From Eledone cirrhosa (Eukaryota), in assembly GCA_964016885.1 (NCBI GenBank), contig OZ024742.1, forward strand, positions 36,766,001 to 36,830,000: a stretch of 64,000 bases of DNA. The letters are read 5' to 3'. The translations under genes and the position numbers were made by a program. Numbering within the stretch: the stretch's first letter is position 1; each line of letters starts with the position of its first letter. A model generated the notes under the pieces. It was not told where the DNA came from. It saw only the letters and a list, made by a program, of their open reading frames with translations, and did not search any database. Shown in pieces: positions 1 to 18,000 of the stretch.

Positions 1-3000
1 ACCACCACCACAAGCACCACTACCACTGTCTCCACCACCACCACCACAAGCACCACTACCACTGTCTCCACCACCACCACAAGCTCCACTACCACTGTCT
101 CCACCACCACCACCACCACAAGCTCCACTACCACTGTCTCCACCACCACCACCACAAGCACCACTACCACTGTCTCCACCACCACAAGCACCACTACCAC
201 TGTCTCCACCACCACCACAAGCTCCACTACCACTGTCTCCACCACCACCACCACAAGCTCCACAACCACTGTCTCCACCACCACCACCACAAGCTCCACT
301 ACCACTGTCTCCACCACCACCACCACCACAAGCACCACTACCACTGTCTCCACCACCACCACCACAAGCTCCACAACCACTGTCTCCACCACCACCACCA
401 CAAGCACCACTACCACTGTCTCCACCACCACCACCACAAGCACCACTACCACTGTCTCCACCACCACCACAAGCTCCACAACCACTATCTCCACCACCAC
501 CACCACAAGCACCACTACCACTGTCTCCACCACCACCACCATAAGCACCACTACCACTGTCTCCACCACCACCACCACAAGCTCCACTACCACTGTCTCC
601 ACCACCACCACAAGCACCACAACCACTGTCTCCACCACCACCACAAGCACCACTACCACTGTCTCCACCACCACCACCACCACAAGCACCACAACCACTG
701 TCTCCACCACCACCACCACCACAAGCACCACTACCACTGTCTCCACCACCACCACCACAAGCACCACTACCACTGTCTCCACCACCACCACCACAAGCAC
801 CACTACCACTGTCTCCACCACCACCACCACAAGCACCACTACCACTGTCTCCACCACCACCACCACCACAAGCACCACTACCACTGTCTCCACCACCACC
901 ACCACAAGCTCCACTACCACTGTCTCCACCACCACCACCACAAGCACCACTACCACTGTCTCCACCACCACCACAAGCACCACTACCACTGTCTCCACCA
1001 CCACCACCACAAGCTCCACTACCACTGTCTCCACCACCACCACCACATGCACCACTACCACTGTCTCCACCACCACCACCACAAGCTCCACTACCACTGT
1101 CTCCACCACCACCACCACAAGCACCACTACCACTGTCTCCACCACCACCACCACAAGCTCCACTACCACTGTCTCCACCACCACCACCACAAGCACCACT
1201 ACCACTGTCTCCACCACCACCACCATCACAAGCTCCACTACCACTGTCCCACCACCACCACCACAAGCACCACTACCACCGTCTCCACCACCACCACCAC
1301 AAGCACCACTACCACTGTCTCCACCACCACCACAAGCACCACTACCACTGTCTCCACCACCACCACCACAAGCACCACTACCACTGTCTCCACCACCACC
1401 ACCACAAGCACCACTACCACTGTCTCCTCCACCACCACCACAAGCACAACTACCACTGTCACCACCAACACCACCACAAGCTCCACTACCACTGTCTCCA
1501 CCACCACCACCACCACAAGCTCCACTACCACTGTCTCCACCACCACCACTACAAGCTCCACTACCACTGTCTCCACCACCACCACCACCACAAGCACCAC
1601 TACCACTGTCTCCACCACCACCACCACAAGCACCACTACCACTGTCTCCTCCACCACCACCACAAGCTCCACTACCACTGTCTCCACCACCACCACCACA
1701 AGCACCACTACCAATGTCTCCACCACCACCACCACAAGCTCCACTACCACTGTCTCCACCACCACCACCACAAGCACCACTACCACTGTCTCCACCACCA
1801 CCACCACCACAAGCTCCACTACCACTGTCTCCACCACCACCACCACCACAAGCTGCACTACCACTGTCTCTACCACCACCACCATCACAAGCTCCACAAC
1901 CACTGTCTCCACCACCACCACCACAAGCACCACTACCACTGTCTCCACCACCACCACCACCACAAGCACCACTACCACTGTCTCCACCACCACCACCACA
2001 AGCACCACTACCACTGTCTCCACCACCACCACCACCACAAGCTCCACTACCACTGTCTCCACCACCACCACCACAAGCACCACTACCACTGTCTCCACCA
2101 CCACCACCACCACAAGCACCACTACCACTGTCTCCACCACCACCACCACAAGCTCCACTACCACTGTCTCCACCACCACCACAAGCTCCACTACCACTGT
2201 CTCCACCACCACCACCACAAGCACCACTACCACTGTCTCCACCACCACCACCACAAGCACCACTACCACTGTCTCCACCACCACCACCACAAGCACCACA
2301 ACCACTGTCTCCACCACCACCACCACCACAAGCACCACTACCACTGTCTCCACCACCACCACCACAAGCACCACTACCACTGTCTCCACCACCACCACCA
2401 CAAGCTCCACTACCACTGTCTCCACCACCACCACCACAAGCACCACTACCACTGTCTCCACCACCACCACCACCACAAGCTCCACTACCACTGTCTCCAC
2501 CACCACCACCACCACCACAAACTCCACTACCACTGTCTCTACCACCACCACCATCACAAGCTCCACAACCACTGTCTCCACCACCACCACCACCACAAGC
2601 TCCACTACCACTGTCTCCATCACCACCACCACCACAAGCACCACTACCACTGTCTCCACCACCACCACCACAAGCACCACTACCACTGTCTCCACCACCA
2701 CCACAAGCACCACTACCACTGTCTCCACCACCACCACCACCACAAGCACCACTACCACTGTCTCCACCACCACCACCACAAGCACCACTACCACTGTCTC
2801 CACCACCACCACCACAAGCTCCACTACCACTGTCTCCACCACCACCACCACAAGCACCACTACCACTGTCTCCACCACCACCACAAGCACCACTACCACT
2901 GTCTCCACCACCACCACAAGCTCCACTACCACTGTCTCCACCACCACCACCACAAGCACCACTACCACTGTCTCCACCACCACCACCACAAGCTCCACTA

Positions 3001-6000
3001 CCACTGTCTCCACCACCACCACCACAAGCACCACTACCACTGTCTCCACCACCACCACCACCACAAGCTCCACTACCACTGTCTCCACCACCACCACCAC
3101 CACAAGCACCACTACCACTGTCTCCACCACCACCACCACAAGCACCACTACCACTGTCTCCACCACCACCACCACAAGCTCCACTACCACTGTTTTTACC
3201 ACCACCACCACAAGCTCCACTACCACTGTCTCCACCACCACCACCACCACAAGCTCCACTACCACTGTCTCCACCACCACCACCACCACAAGCACCACTA
3301 CCACTGTCTCCACCACCACCACCACAAGCACCACTACCACTGTCTCCACCACCACCACCACAAGCACCACTACCACTGTCTCCACCACCACCACCACCAC
3401 AAGCTCCACTACCACTGTCTCCACCACCACCACCACCACAAGCACCACAACCACTGTCTCCACCACCACCACCACAAGCACCACTACCACTATCTCCACC
3501 ACCACCACCACCACAAGCACCACTACCACTGTCTCCACCACCACCACCACAAGCTCCACTACCACTGTCTCCACCACCACCACCACCACAAGCTCCACTA
3601 CCACTGTCTCTACCACCACCACCATCACAAGCTCCACAACCACTGTCTCCACCACCACCACCACAAGCACCACTACCACTGTCTCCACCACCACCACCAC
3701 AAGCTCCACTACCACTGTCTCCACCACCACCACCATAAGCACCACTACCACTTTCTCCACCACCACCACCACAAACTCCACTACCACTGTCTCCACCACC
3801 ACCACCACAAGCACCACTACCACTGTCTCCACCACCACCACCACAAGCTCCACTACCACTGTCTCCACCACCACCACCACAAGCACCACTACCACTGTCT
3901 CCACCACCACCACCATAAGCACCACTACCACTTTCTCCACCACCACCACCACAAGCTCCACTACCACTGTCTCCACCACCACCACCATAAGCACCACTAC
4001 CACTTTCTCCACCACCACCACCACAAGCTCCACTACCACTGTCTCCACCACCACCACCACAAGCACCACTACCACTGTCTCCACCACCACCACCACAAGC
4101 TCCACTACCACTGTCTCCACCACCACCACCACAAGCACCACTACCACTGTCTCCACCACCACCACCATAAGCACCACTACCACTGTCTCCACCACCACCA
4201 CCATAAGCACCACTACCACTTTCTCCACCACCACCACCACAAGCTCCACTACCACTGTCTCCACCACCACCACCATAAGCACCACTACCACTTTCTCCAC
4301 CACCACCACCACAAGCACCACTACCACTGTCTCCACCACCACCACCATAAGCACCACTACCACTTTCTCCACCACCACCACCACAAGCTCCACAACCACT
4401 GTCTCCACCACCACCACCACAAGCACCACTACCACTTTCTCCACCACCACCACCACAAGCTCCACTACCACTGTCTCCACCACCACCACCACAAGCACCA
4501 CTACCACTGTCTCCACCACCACCACCACAAGCTCCACTACCACTGTCTCCACCACCACCACCACAAGCTCCACTACCACTGTCTCCACCACCACAAGCAC
4601 CACTACCACTGTCTCCACCACCACCACAAGCTCCACTACCACTGTCTCCACCACCACCACCACCACAAGCACCACTACCACTGTCTCCACCACCACCACA
4701 AGCTCCACTACCACTGTCTCCACCACCACCACCACCACAAGCTCCACTACCACTGTCTCCACCACCACCACCACAAGCACCACTACCACTGTCTCCACCA
4801 CCACAAGCACCACTACCACTGTCTCCACCACCACCACAAGCTCCACTACCACTATCTCCACCACCACCACCACAAGCTCCACAACCACTGTCTCCACCAC
4901 CACCACCACTAGCACCACTACCACTGTCTCCACCACCACCACCACAAGCACCACTACCACTGTCTCCACCACCACCACAAGCTCCACTACCACTGTCTCC
5001 ACCACCACCACCACCACAAGCTCCACTACCACTGTCTCCACCACCACCACCACAAGCACCACTACCACTGTCTCCACCACCACCACAAGCTCCACTACCA
5101 CTGTCTCCACCACCACCACCACCACCACAAGCTCCACTACCACTGTCTCCACCACCACCACCACAAGCACCACTACCACTGTCTCCACCACCACAAGCAC
5201 CACTACCACTGTCTCCACCACCACCACAAGCTCCACTACCACTGTCTCCACCACCACCACCACAAGCTCCACAACCACTGTCTCCACCACCACCACCACA
5301 AGCTCCACTACCACTGTCTCCACCACCACCACCACCACAAGCACCACTACCACTGTCTCCACCACCACCACCACAAGCTCCACAACCACTGTCTCCACCA
5401 CCACCACCACAAGCACCACTACCACTGTCTCCACCACCACCACCACAAGCACCACTACCACTGTCTCCACCACCACCACAAGCTCCACAACCACTGTCTC
5501 CACCACCACCACCACAAGCACCACTACCACTGTCTCCACCACCACCACCATAAGCACCACTACCACTGTCTCCACCACCACCACCACAAGCTCCACTACC
5601 ACTGTCTCCACCACCACCACAAGCACCACAACCACTGTCTCCACCACCACCCCAAGCACCACTACCACTGTCTCCACCACCACCACCACCACAAGCTCCA
5701 CTACCACTGTCTCCACCACCACCACAAGCTCCACTCCCACTGTCTCCACCACCTCCACCACCACAAGCACCACTACCACTGTCTCCACCACCACCACCAC
5801 AAGCTCCACTACCACTGTCTCCACCACCTCCACCACCACAAGCACCACTACCACTGTCTCCACCACCACCACCACAAGCTCCACTACCACTGTCTCGACC
5901 ACCACCACCACAAGCACCACTACCACTGTCTCCACCACCACCACCACAAGCACCACTACCACTGTCTCCACCACCACCACCACAAGCACCACTACCACTG

Positions 6001-9000
6001 TCTCCACCACCACCCCAAGCACCACTACCACTGTCTCCACCACCACCACCACCACAAGCTCCACTACCACTGTCTCCACCACCACCACAAGCTCCACTAC
6101 CACTGTCTCCACCACCACCACCACAAGCACCACTACCACTGTCTCCACCACCACCACCACCACAAGCTCCACTACCACTGTCTCCACCACCACCACCACC
6201 ACAAGCACCACAACCACTGTCTCCACCACCACCACCACAAGCACCACTACCACTATCTCCACCACCACCACCACCACAAGCACCACTACCACTGTCTCCA
6301 CCACCACCACCACAAGCTCCACTACCACTGTCTCCACCACCACCACCACCACAAGCTCCACTACCACTGTCTCTACCACCACCACCATCACAAGCTCCAC
6401 AACCACTGTCTCCACCACCACCACCACAAGCACCACTACCACTGTCTCCACCACCACCACCACAAGCTCCACTACCACTGTCTCCACCACCACCACCATA
6501 AGCACCACTACCACTTTCTCCACCACCACCACCACAAACTCCACTACCACTGTCTCCACCACCACCACCACAAGCACCACTACCACTGTCTCCACCACCA
6601 CCACCACAAGCTCCACTACCACTGTCTCCACCACCACCACCACAAGCACCACTACCACTGTCTCCACCACCACCACCATAAGCACCACTACCACTTTCTC
6701 CACCACCACCACCACAAGCTCCACTACCACTGTCTCCACCACCACCACCATAAGCACCACTACCACTTTCTCCACCACCACCACCACAAGCTCCACTACC
6801 ACTGTCTCCACCACCACCACCACAAGCACCACTACCACTGTCTCCACCACCACCACCACAAGCTCCACTACCACTGTCTCCACCACCACCACCACAAGCA
6901 CCACTACCACTGTCTCCACCACCACCACCATAAGCACCACTACCACTGTCTCCACCACCACCACCATAAGCACCACTACCACTTTCTCCACCACCACCAC
7001 CACAAGCTCCACTACCACTGTCTCCACCACCACCACCATAAGCACCACTACCACTTTCTCCACCACCACCACCACAAGCACCACTACCACTGTCTCCACC
7101 ACCACCACCATAAGCACCACTACCACTTTCTCCACCACCACCACCACAAGCTCCACAACCACTGTCTCCACCACCACCACCACAAGCACCACTACCACTT
7201 TCTCCACCACCACCACCACAAGCTCCACTACCACTGTCTCCACCACCACCACCACAAGCACCACTACCACTGTCTCCACCACCACCACCACAAGCTCCAC
7301 TACCACTGTCTCCACCACCACCACCACAAGCTCCACTACCACTGTCTCCACCACCACAAGCACCACTACCACTGTCTCCACCACCACCACAAGCTCCACT
7401 ACCACTGTCTCCACCACCACCACCACCACAAGCACCACTACCACTGTCTCCACCACCACCACAAGCTCCACTACCACTGTCTCCACCACCACCACCACCA
7501 CAAGCTCCACTACCACTGTCTCCACCACCACCACCACAAGCACCACTACCACTGTCTCCACCACCACAAGCACCACTACCACTGTCTCCACCACCACCAC
7601 AAGCTCCACTACCACTATCTCCACCACCACCACCACAAGCTCCACAACCACTGTCTCCACCACCACCACCACTAGCACCACTACCACTGTCTCCACCACC
7701 ACCACCACAAGCACCACTACCACTGTCTCCACCACCACCACAAGCTCCACTACCACTGTCTCCACCACCACCACCACCACAAGCTCCACTACCACTGTCT
7801 CCACCACCACCACCACAAGCACCACTACCACTGTCTCCACCACCACCACAAGCTCCACTACCACTGTCTCCACCACCACCACCACCACAAGCTCCACTAC
7901 CACTGTCTCCACCACCACCACCACAAGCACCACTACCACTGTCTCCACCACCACAAGCACCACTACCACTGTCTCCACCACCACCACAAGCTCCACTACC
8001 ACTGTCTCCACCACCACCACCACAAGCTCCACAACCACTGTCTCCACCACCACCACCACAAGCTCCACTACCACTGTCTCCACCACCACCACCACCACAA
8101 GCACCACTACCACTGTCTCCACCACCACCACCACAAGCTCCACAACCACTGTCTCCACCACCACCACCACAAGCACCACTACCACTGTCTCCACCACCAC
8201 CACCACAAGCACCACTACCACTGTCTCCACCACCACCACAAGCTCCACAACCACTGTCTCCACCACCACCACCACAAGCACCACTACCACTGTCTCCACC
8301 ACCACCACCATAAGCACCACTACCACTGTCTCCACCACCACCACCACAAGCTCCACTACCACTGTCTCCACCACCACCACAAGCACCACAACCACTGTCT
8401 CCACCACCACCCCAAGCACCACTACCACTGTCTCCACCACCACCACCACCACAAGCTCCACTACCACTGTCTCCACCACCACCACAAGCTCCACTCCCAC
8501 TGTCTCCACCACCTCCACCACCACAAGCACCACTACCACTGTCTCCACCACCACCACCACAAGCTCCACTACCACTGTCTCCACCACCTCCACCACCACA
8601 AGCACCACTACCACTGTCTCCACCACCACCACCACAAGCTCCACTACCACTGTCTCGACCACCACCACCACAAGCACCACTACCACTGTCTCCACCACCA
8701 CCACCACAAGCACCACTACCACTGTCTCCACCACCACCACCACAAGCACCACTACCACTGTCTCCACCACCACCCCAAGCACCACTACCACTGTCTCCAC
8801 CACCACCACCACCACAAGCTCCACTACCACTGTCTCCACCACCACCACAAGCTCCACTACCACTGTCTCCACCACCACCACCACAAGCACCACTACCACT
8901 GTCTCCACCACCACCACCTCAAGCACCACAACCACTGTCTCCACCACCACCACAAACACCACTACCACTGTCTCCACCACCACCACAAGCACCACTACCA

Positions 9001-12000
9001 CTGTCTCCACCACCACCACCACAAGCACCACTACCACTGTCTCCACCACCACCACAAGCTCCACTACCACTGTCTCCACCACCACCACCACAAGCACCAC
9101 TACCACTTTCTCCACCACCACCATCACAAGCTCCACTACCACTGTCTCCACCACCACCACCACAAGCACCACTACCACTGTCTCCACCACCACCACTACA
9201 AGCACCACTACCACTGTCTCCACCACCACCACCACAAGCACCACTACCACTGTCTCCACCACCACCACAAGCACCACTACCACTGTCTCCACCACCACCA
9301 CCACAAGCACCACTACCACTTTCTCCACCACCACCATCACAAGCTCCACTACCACTGTCTCCACCACCACCACCACAAGCACCACTACCACTGTCTCCAC
9401 CACCACCACCACCACAAGCACCACTACCACTGTCTCCACCACCACCACCACAAGCACCACAACCACTGTCTCCACCACCACAAGCACCACTACCACTGTC
9501 TCCACCACCATCACAAGCTCCACAACCACTGTCTCCACCACCACCACCACAAGCACCACTACCACTGTCTCCACCACCACCACCACCACAAGCACCACTA
9601 CCACTGTCTCCACCACCACCACCACAAGCACCACTACCACTGTCTCCACCACCACCACCACCACAAGCTCCACTACCACTGTCTCCACCACCACCACCAC
9701 AAGCACCACTACCACTGTCTCCACCACCACCACCACCACAAGCACCACTACCACTGTCTCCACCACCACCACCACAAGCTCCACTACCACTGTCTCCACC
9801 ACCACCACAAGCTCCACTACCACTGTCTCCACCACCACCACCACAAGCACCACTACCACTGTCTCCACCACCACCACCACAAGCACCACTACCACTGTCT
9901 CCACCACCACCACCACAAGCACCACAACCACTGTCTCCACCACCACCACCACCACAAGCACCACTACCACTGTCTCCACCACCACCACCACAAGCACCAC
10001 TACCACTGTCTCCACCACCACCACCACAAGCTCCACTACCACTGTCTCCACCACCACCACCACAAGCACCACTACCACTGTCTCCACCACCACCACCACC
10101 ACAAGCTCCACTACCACTGTCTCCACCACCACCACCACCACCACAAACTCCACTACCACTGTCTCTACCACCACCACCATCACAAGCTCCACAACCACTG
10201 TCTCCACCACCACCACCACCACAAGCTCCACTACCACTGTCTCCATCACCACCACCACCACAAGCACCACTACCACTGTCTCCACCACCACCACCACAAG
10301 CACCACTACCACTGTCTCCACCACCACCACAAGCACCACTACCACTGTCTCCACCACCACCACCACCACAAGCACCACTACCACTGTCTCCACCACCACC
10401 ACCACAAGCACCACTACCACTGTCTCCACCACCACCACCACAAGCTCCACTACCACTGTCTCCACCACCACCACCACAAGCACCACTACCACTGTCTCCA
10501 CCACCACCACAAGCACCACTACCACTGTCTCCACCACCACCACAAGCTCCACTACCACTGTCTCCACCACCACCACCACAAGCACCACTACCACTGTCTC
10601 CACCACCACCACCACAAGCTCCACTACCACTGTCTCCACCACCACCACCACAAGCACCACTACCACTGTCTCCACCACCACCACCACCACAAGCTCCACT
10701 ACCACTGTCTCCACCACCACCACCACCACAAGCACCACTACCACTGTCTCCACCACCACCACCACAAGCACCACTTCCACTGTCTCCACCACCACCACCA
10801 CAAGCTCCACTACCACTGTTTTTACCACCACCACCACAAGCTCCACTACCACTGTCTCCACCACCACCACCACCACAAGCTCCACTACCACTGTCTCCAC
10901 CACCACCACCACCACAAGCACCACTACCACTGTCTCCACCACCACCACCACAAGCACCACTACCACTGTCTCCACCACCACCACCACAAGCACCACTACC
11001 ACTGTCTCCACCACCACCACCACCACAAGCTCCACTACCACTGTCTCCACCACCACCACCACCACAAGCACCACAACCACTGTCTCCACCACCACCACCA
11101 CAAGCACCACTACCACTGTCTCCACCACCACCACCACCACAAGCACCACTACCACTGTCTCCACCACCACCACCATAAGCACCACTACCACTTTCTCCAC
11201 CACCACCACCACAAGCTCCACTACCACTGTCTCCACCACCACCACCACTGTCTCCACCACCACCACCATAAGCACCACTACCACTTTCTCCACCACCACC
11301 ACCACAAGCTCCACAACCACTGTCTCCACCACCACCACCACAAGCACCACTACCACTTTCTCCACCACCACCACCACAAGCTCCACTACCACTGTCTCCA
11401 CCACCACCACCACAAGCACCACTACCACTGTCTCCACCACCACCACCACAAGCTCCACTACCACTGTCTCCACCACCACCACCACAAGCTCCACTACCAC
11501 TGTCTCCACCACCACAAGCACCACTACCACTGTCTCCACCACCACCACAAGCTCCACTACCACTGTCTCCACCACCACCACCACCACAAGCACCACTACC
11601 ACTGTCTCCACCACCACCACAAGCTCCACTACCACTGTCTCCACCACCACCACCACCACAAGCTCCACTACCACTGTCTCCACCACCACCACCACAAGCA
11701 CCACTACCACTGTCTCCACCACCACAAGCACCACTACCACTGTCTCCACCACCACCACAAGCTCCACTACCACTGTCTCCACCACCACCACCACAAGCTC
11801 CACAACCACTGTCTCCACCACCACCACCACAAGCACCACTACCACTGTCTCCACCACCACCACCACAAGCACCACTACCACTGTCTCCACCACCACCACA
11901 AGCTCCACTACCACTGTCTCCACCACCACCACCACCACAAGCTCCACTACCACTGTCTCCACCACCACCACCACAAGCACCACTACCACTGTCTCCACCA

Positions 12001-15000
12001 CCACAAGCACCACTACCACTGTCTCCACCACCACCACAAGCTCCACTACCACTGTCTCCACCACCACCACCACAAGCTCCACAACCACTGTCTCCACCAC
12101 CACCACCACAAGCTCCACTACCACTGTCTCCACCACCACCACCACCACAAGCACCACTACCACTGTCTCCACCACCACCACCACAAGCTCCACAACCACT
12201 GTCTCCACCACCACCACCACAAGCACCACTACCACTGTCTCCACCACCACCACCACAAGCACCACTACCACTGTCTCCACCACCACCACAAGCTCCACAA
12301 CCACTATCTCCACCACCACCACCACAAGCACCACTACCACTGTCTCCACCACCACCACCATAAGCACCACTACCACTGTCTCCACCACCACCACCACAAG
12401 CTCCACTACCACTGTCTCCACCACCACCACAAGCACCACAACCACTGTCTCCACCACCACCACAAGCACCACTACCACTGTCTCCACCACCACCACCACC
12501 ACAAGCACCACAACCACTGTCTCCACCACCACCACCACCACAAGCACCACTACCACTGTCTCCACCACCACCACCACAAGCACCACTACCACTGTCTCCA
12601 CCACCACCACCACAAGCACCACTACCACTGTCTCCACCACCACCACCACAAGCACCACTACCACTGTCTCCACCACCACCACCACCACAAGCACCACTAC
12701 CACTGTCTCCACCACCACCACCACAAGCTCCACTACCACTGTCTCCACCACCACCACCACAAGCACCACTACCACTGTCTCCACCACCACCACAAGCACC
12801 ACTACCACTGTCTCCACCACCACCACCACAAGCTCCACTACCACTGTCTCCACCACCACCACCACAAGCACCACTACCACTGTCTCCACCACCACCACCA
12901 CAAGCTCCACTACCACTGTCTCCACCACCACCACCACAAGCACCACTACCACTGTCTCCACCACCACCACCACAAGCTCCACTACCACTGTCTCCACCAC
13001 CACCACCACAAGCACCACTACCACTGTCTCCACCACCACCACCATCACAAGCTCCACTACCACTGTCCCACCACCACCACCACAAGCACCACTACCACCG
13101 TCTCCACCACCACCACCACAAGCACCACTACCACTGTCTCCACCACCACCACAAGCACCACTACCACTGTCTCCACCACCACCACCACAAGCACCACTAC
13201 CACTGTCTCCACCACCACCACCACAAGCACCACTACCACTGTCTCCTCCACCACCACCACAAGCACAACTACCACTGTCACCACCAACACCACCACAAGC
13301 TCCACTACCACTGTCTCCACCACCACCACCACCACAAGCTCCACTACCACTGTCTCCACCACCACCACTACAAGCTCCACTACCACTGTCTCCACCACCA
13401 CCACCACCACAAGCACCACTACCACTGTCTCCACCACCACCACCACAAGCACCACTACCACTGTCTCCTCCACCACCACCACAAGCTCCACTACCACTGT
13501 CTCCACCACCACCACCACAAGCACCACTACCAATGTCTCCACCACCACCACCACAAGCTCCACTACCACTGTCTCCACCACCACCACCACAAGCACCACT
13601 ACCACTGTCTCCACCACCACCACCACCACAAGCTCCACTACCACTGTCTCCACCACCACCACCACCACAAGCTGCACTACCACTGTCTCTACCACCACCA
13701 CCATCACAAGCTCCACAACCACTGTCTCCACCACCACCACCACAAGCACCACTACCACTGTCTCCACCACCACCACCACCACAAGCACCACTACCACTGT
13801 CTCCACCACCACCACCACAAGCACCACTACCACTGTCTCCACCACCACCACCACCACAAGCTCCACTACCACTGTCTCCACCACCACCACCACAAGCACC
13901 ACTACCACTGTCTCCACCACCACCACCACCACAAGCACCACTACCACTGTCTCCACCACCACCACCACAAGCTCCACTACCACTGTCTCCACCACCACCA
14001 CAAGCTCCACTACCACTGTCTCCACCACCACCACCACAAGCACCACTACCACTGTCTCCACCACCACCACCACAAGCACCACTACCACTGTCTCCACCAC
14101 CACCACCACAAGCACCACAACCACTGTCTCCACCACCACCACCACCACAAGCACCACTACCACTGTCTCCACCACCACCACCACAAGCACCACTACCACT
14201 GTCTCCACCACCACCACCACAAGCTCCACTACCACTGTCTCCACCACCACCACCACAAGCACCACTACCACTGTCTCCACCACCACCACCACCACAAGCT
14301 CCACTACCACTGTCTCCACCACCACCACCACCACCACAAACTCCACTACCACTGTCTCTACCACCACCACCATCACAAGCTCCACAACCACTGTCTCCAC
14401 CACCACCACCACCACAAGCTCCACTACCACTGTCTCCATCACCACCACCACCACAAGCACCACTACCACTGTCTCCACCACCACCACCACAAGCACCACT
14501 ACCACTGTCTCCACCACCACCACAAGCACCACTACCACTGTCTCCACCACCACCACCACCACAAGCACCACTACCACTGTCTCCACCACCACCACCACAA
14601 GCACCACTACCACTGTCTCCACCACCACCACCACAAGCTCCACTACCACTGTCTCCACCACCACCACCACAAGCACCACTACCACTGTCTCCACCACCAC
14701 CACAAGCACCACTACCACTGTCTCCACCACCACCACAAGCTCCACTACCACTGTCTCCACCACCACCACCACAAGCTACACTACCACTGTCTCCACCACC
14801 ACCACCACAAGCTCCACTACCACTGTCTCCACCACCACCACCACAAGCACCACTACCACTGTCTCCACCACCACCACCACCACAAGCTCCACTACCACTG
14901 TCTCCACCACCACCACCACCACAAGCACCACTACCACTGTCTCCACCACCACCACCACAAGCACCACTACCACTGTCTCCACCACCACCACCACAAGCTC

Positions 15001-18000
15001 CACTACCACTGTTTTTACCACCACCACCACAAGCTCCACTACCACTGTCTCCACCACCACCACCACCACAAGCTCCACTACCACTGTCTCCACCACCACC
15101 ACCACCACAAGCACCACTACCACTGTCTCCACCACCACCACCACAAGCACCACTACCACTGTCTCCACCACCACCACCACAAGCACCACTACCACTGTCT
15201 CCACCACCACCACCACCACAAGCTCCACTACCACTGTCTCCACCACCACCACCACCACAAGCACCACAACCACTGTCTCCACCACCACCACCACAAGCAC
15301 CACTACCACTATCTCCACCACCACCACCACCACAAGCACCACTACCACTGTCTCCACCACCACCACCACAAGCTCCACTACCACTGTCTCCACCACCACC
15401 ACCACCACAAGCTCCACTACCACTGTCTCTACCACCACCACCATCACAAGCTCCACAACCACTGTCTCCACCACCACCACCACAAGCACCACTACCACTG
15501 TCTCCACCACCACCACCACAAGCTCCACTACCACTGTCTCCACCACCACCACCATAAGCACCACTACCACTTTCTCCACCACCACCACCACAAACTCCAC
15601 TACCACTGTCTCCACCACCACCACCACAAGCACCACTACCACTGTCTCCACCACCACCACCACAAGCTCCACTACCACTGTCTCCACCACCACCACCACA
15701 AGCACCACTACCACTGTCTCCACCACCACCACCATAAGCACCACTACCACTTTCTCCACCACCACCACCACAAGCTCCACTACCACTGTCTCCACCACCA
15801 CCACCATAAGCACCACTACCACTTTCTCCACCACCACCACCACAAGCTCCACTACCACTGTCTCCACCACCACCACCACAAGCACCACTACCACTGTCTC
15901 CACCACCACCACCACAAGCTCCACTACCACTGTCTCCACCACCACCACCACAAGCACCACTACCACTGTCTCCACCACCACCACCATAAGCACCACTACC
16001 ACTGTCTCCACCACCACCACCATAAGCACCACTACCACTTTCTCCACCACCACCACCACAAGCTCCACTACCACTGTCTCCACCACCACCACCATAAGCA
16101 CCACTACCACTTTCTCCACCACCACCACCACAAGCACCACTACCACTGTCTCCACCACCACCACCATAAGCACCACTACCACTTTCTCCACCACCACCAC
16201 CACAAGCTCCACAACCACTGTCTCCACCACCACCACCACAAGCACCACTACCACTTTCTCCACCACCACCACCACAAGCTCCACTACCACTGTCTCCACC
16301 ACCACCACCACAAGCACCACTACCACTGTCTCCACCACCACCACCACAAGCTCCACTACCACTGTCTCCACCACCACCACCACAAGCTCCACTACCACTG
16401 TCTCCACCACCACAAGCACCACTACCACTGTCTCCACCACCACCACAAGCTCCACTACCACTGTCTCCACCACCACCACCACCACAAGCACCACTACCAC
16501 TGTCTCCACCACCACCACAAGCTCCACTACCACTGTCTCCACCACCACCACCACCACAAGCTCCACTACCACTGTCTCCACCACCACCACCACAAGCACC
16601 ACTACCACTGTCTCCACCACCACAAGCACCACTACCACTGTCTCCACCACCACCACAAGCTCCACTACCACTATCTCCACCACCACCACCACAAGCTCCA
16701 CAACCACTGTCTCCACCACCACCACCACTAGCACCACTACCACTGTCTCCACCACCACCACCACAAGCACCACTACCACTGTCTCCACCACCACCACAAG
16801 CTCCACTACCACTGTCTCCACCACCACCACCACCACAAGCTCCACTACCACTGTCTCCACCACCACCACCACAAGCACCACTACCACTGTCTCCACCACC
16901 ACCACAAGCTCCACTACCACTGTCTCCACCACCACCACCACCACAAGCTCCACTACCACTGTCTCCACCACCACCACCACAAGCACCACTACCACTGTCT
17001 CCACCACCACAAGCACCACTACCACTGTCTCCACCACCACCACAAGCTCCACTACCACTGTCTCCACCACCACCACCACAAGCTCCACAACCACTGTCTC
17101 CACCACCACCACCACAAGCTCCACTACCACTGTCTCCACCACCACCACCACCACAAGCACCACTACCACTGTCTCCACCACCACCACCACAAGCTCCACA
17201 ACCACTGTCTCCACCACCACCACCACAAGCACCACTACCACTGTCTCCACCACCACCACCACAAGCACCACTACCACTGTCTCCACCACCACCACAAGCT
17301 CCACAACCACTGTCTCCACCACCACCACCACAAGCACCACTACCACTGTCTCCACCACCACCACCATAAGCACCACTACCACTGTCTCCACCACCACCAC
17401 CACAAGCTCCACTACCACTGTCTCCACCACCACCACAAGCACCACAACCACTGTCTCCACCACCACCCCAAGCACCACTACCACTGTCTCCACCACCACC
17501 ACCACCACAAGCTCCACTACCACTGTCTCCACCACCACCACAAGCTCCACTCCCACTGTCTCCACCACCTCCACCACCACAAGCACCACTACCACTGTCT
17601 CCACCACCACCACCACAAGCTCCACTACCACTGTCTCCACCACCTCCACCACCACAAGCACCACTACCACTGTCTCCACCACCACCACCACAAGCTCCAC
17701 TACCACTGTCTCGACCACCACCACCACAAGCACCACTACCACTGTCTCCACCACCACCACCACAAGCACCACTACCACTGTCTCCACCACCACCACCACA
17801 AGCACCACTACCACTGTCTCCACCACCACCCCAAGCACCACTACCACTGTCTCCACCACCACCACCACCACAAGCTCCACTACCACTGTCTCCACCACCA
17901 CCACAAGCTCCACTACCACTGTCTCCACCACCACCACCACAAGCACCACTACCACTGTCTCCACCACCACCACCACAAGCACCACAACCACTGTCTCCAC

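Noticed and set aside
1047-15557. 4836-aa ORF and the other giant ORFs to 27482 (extensin-like Pro, poly-Val, Gly-rich)
   Set aside because: Alternative phases of one stop-poor repeat. The ATG at 1047 is a single-copy variant, and composition switches His to Thr to Pro at 1-bp deletions.
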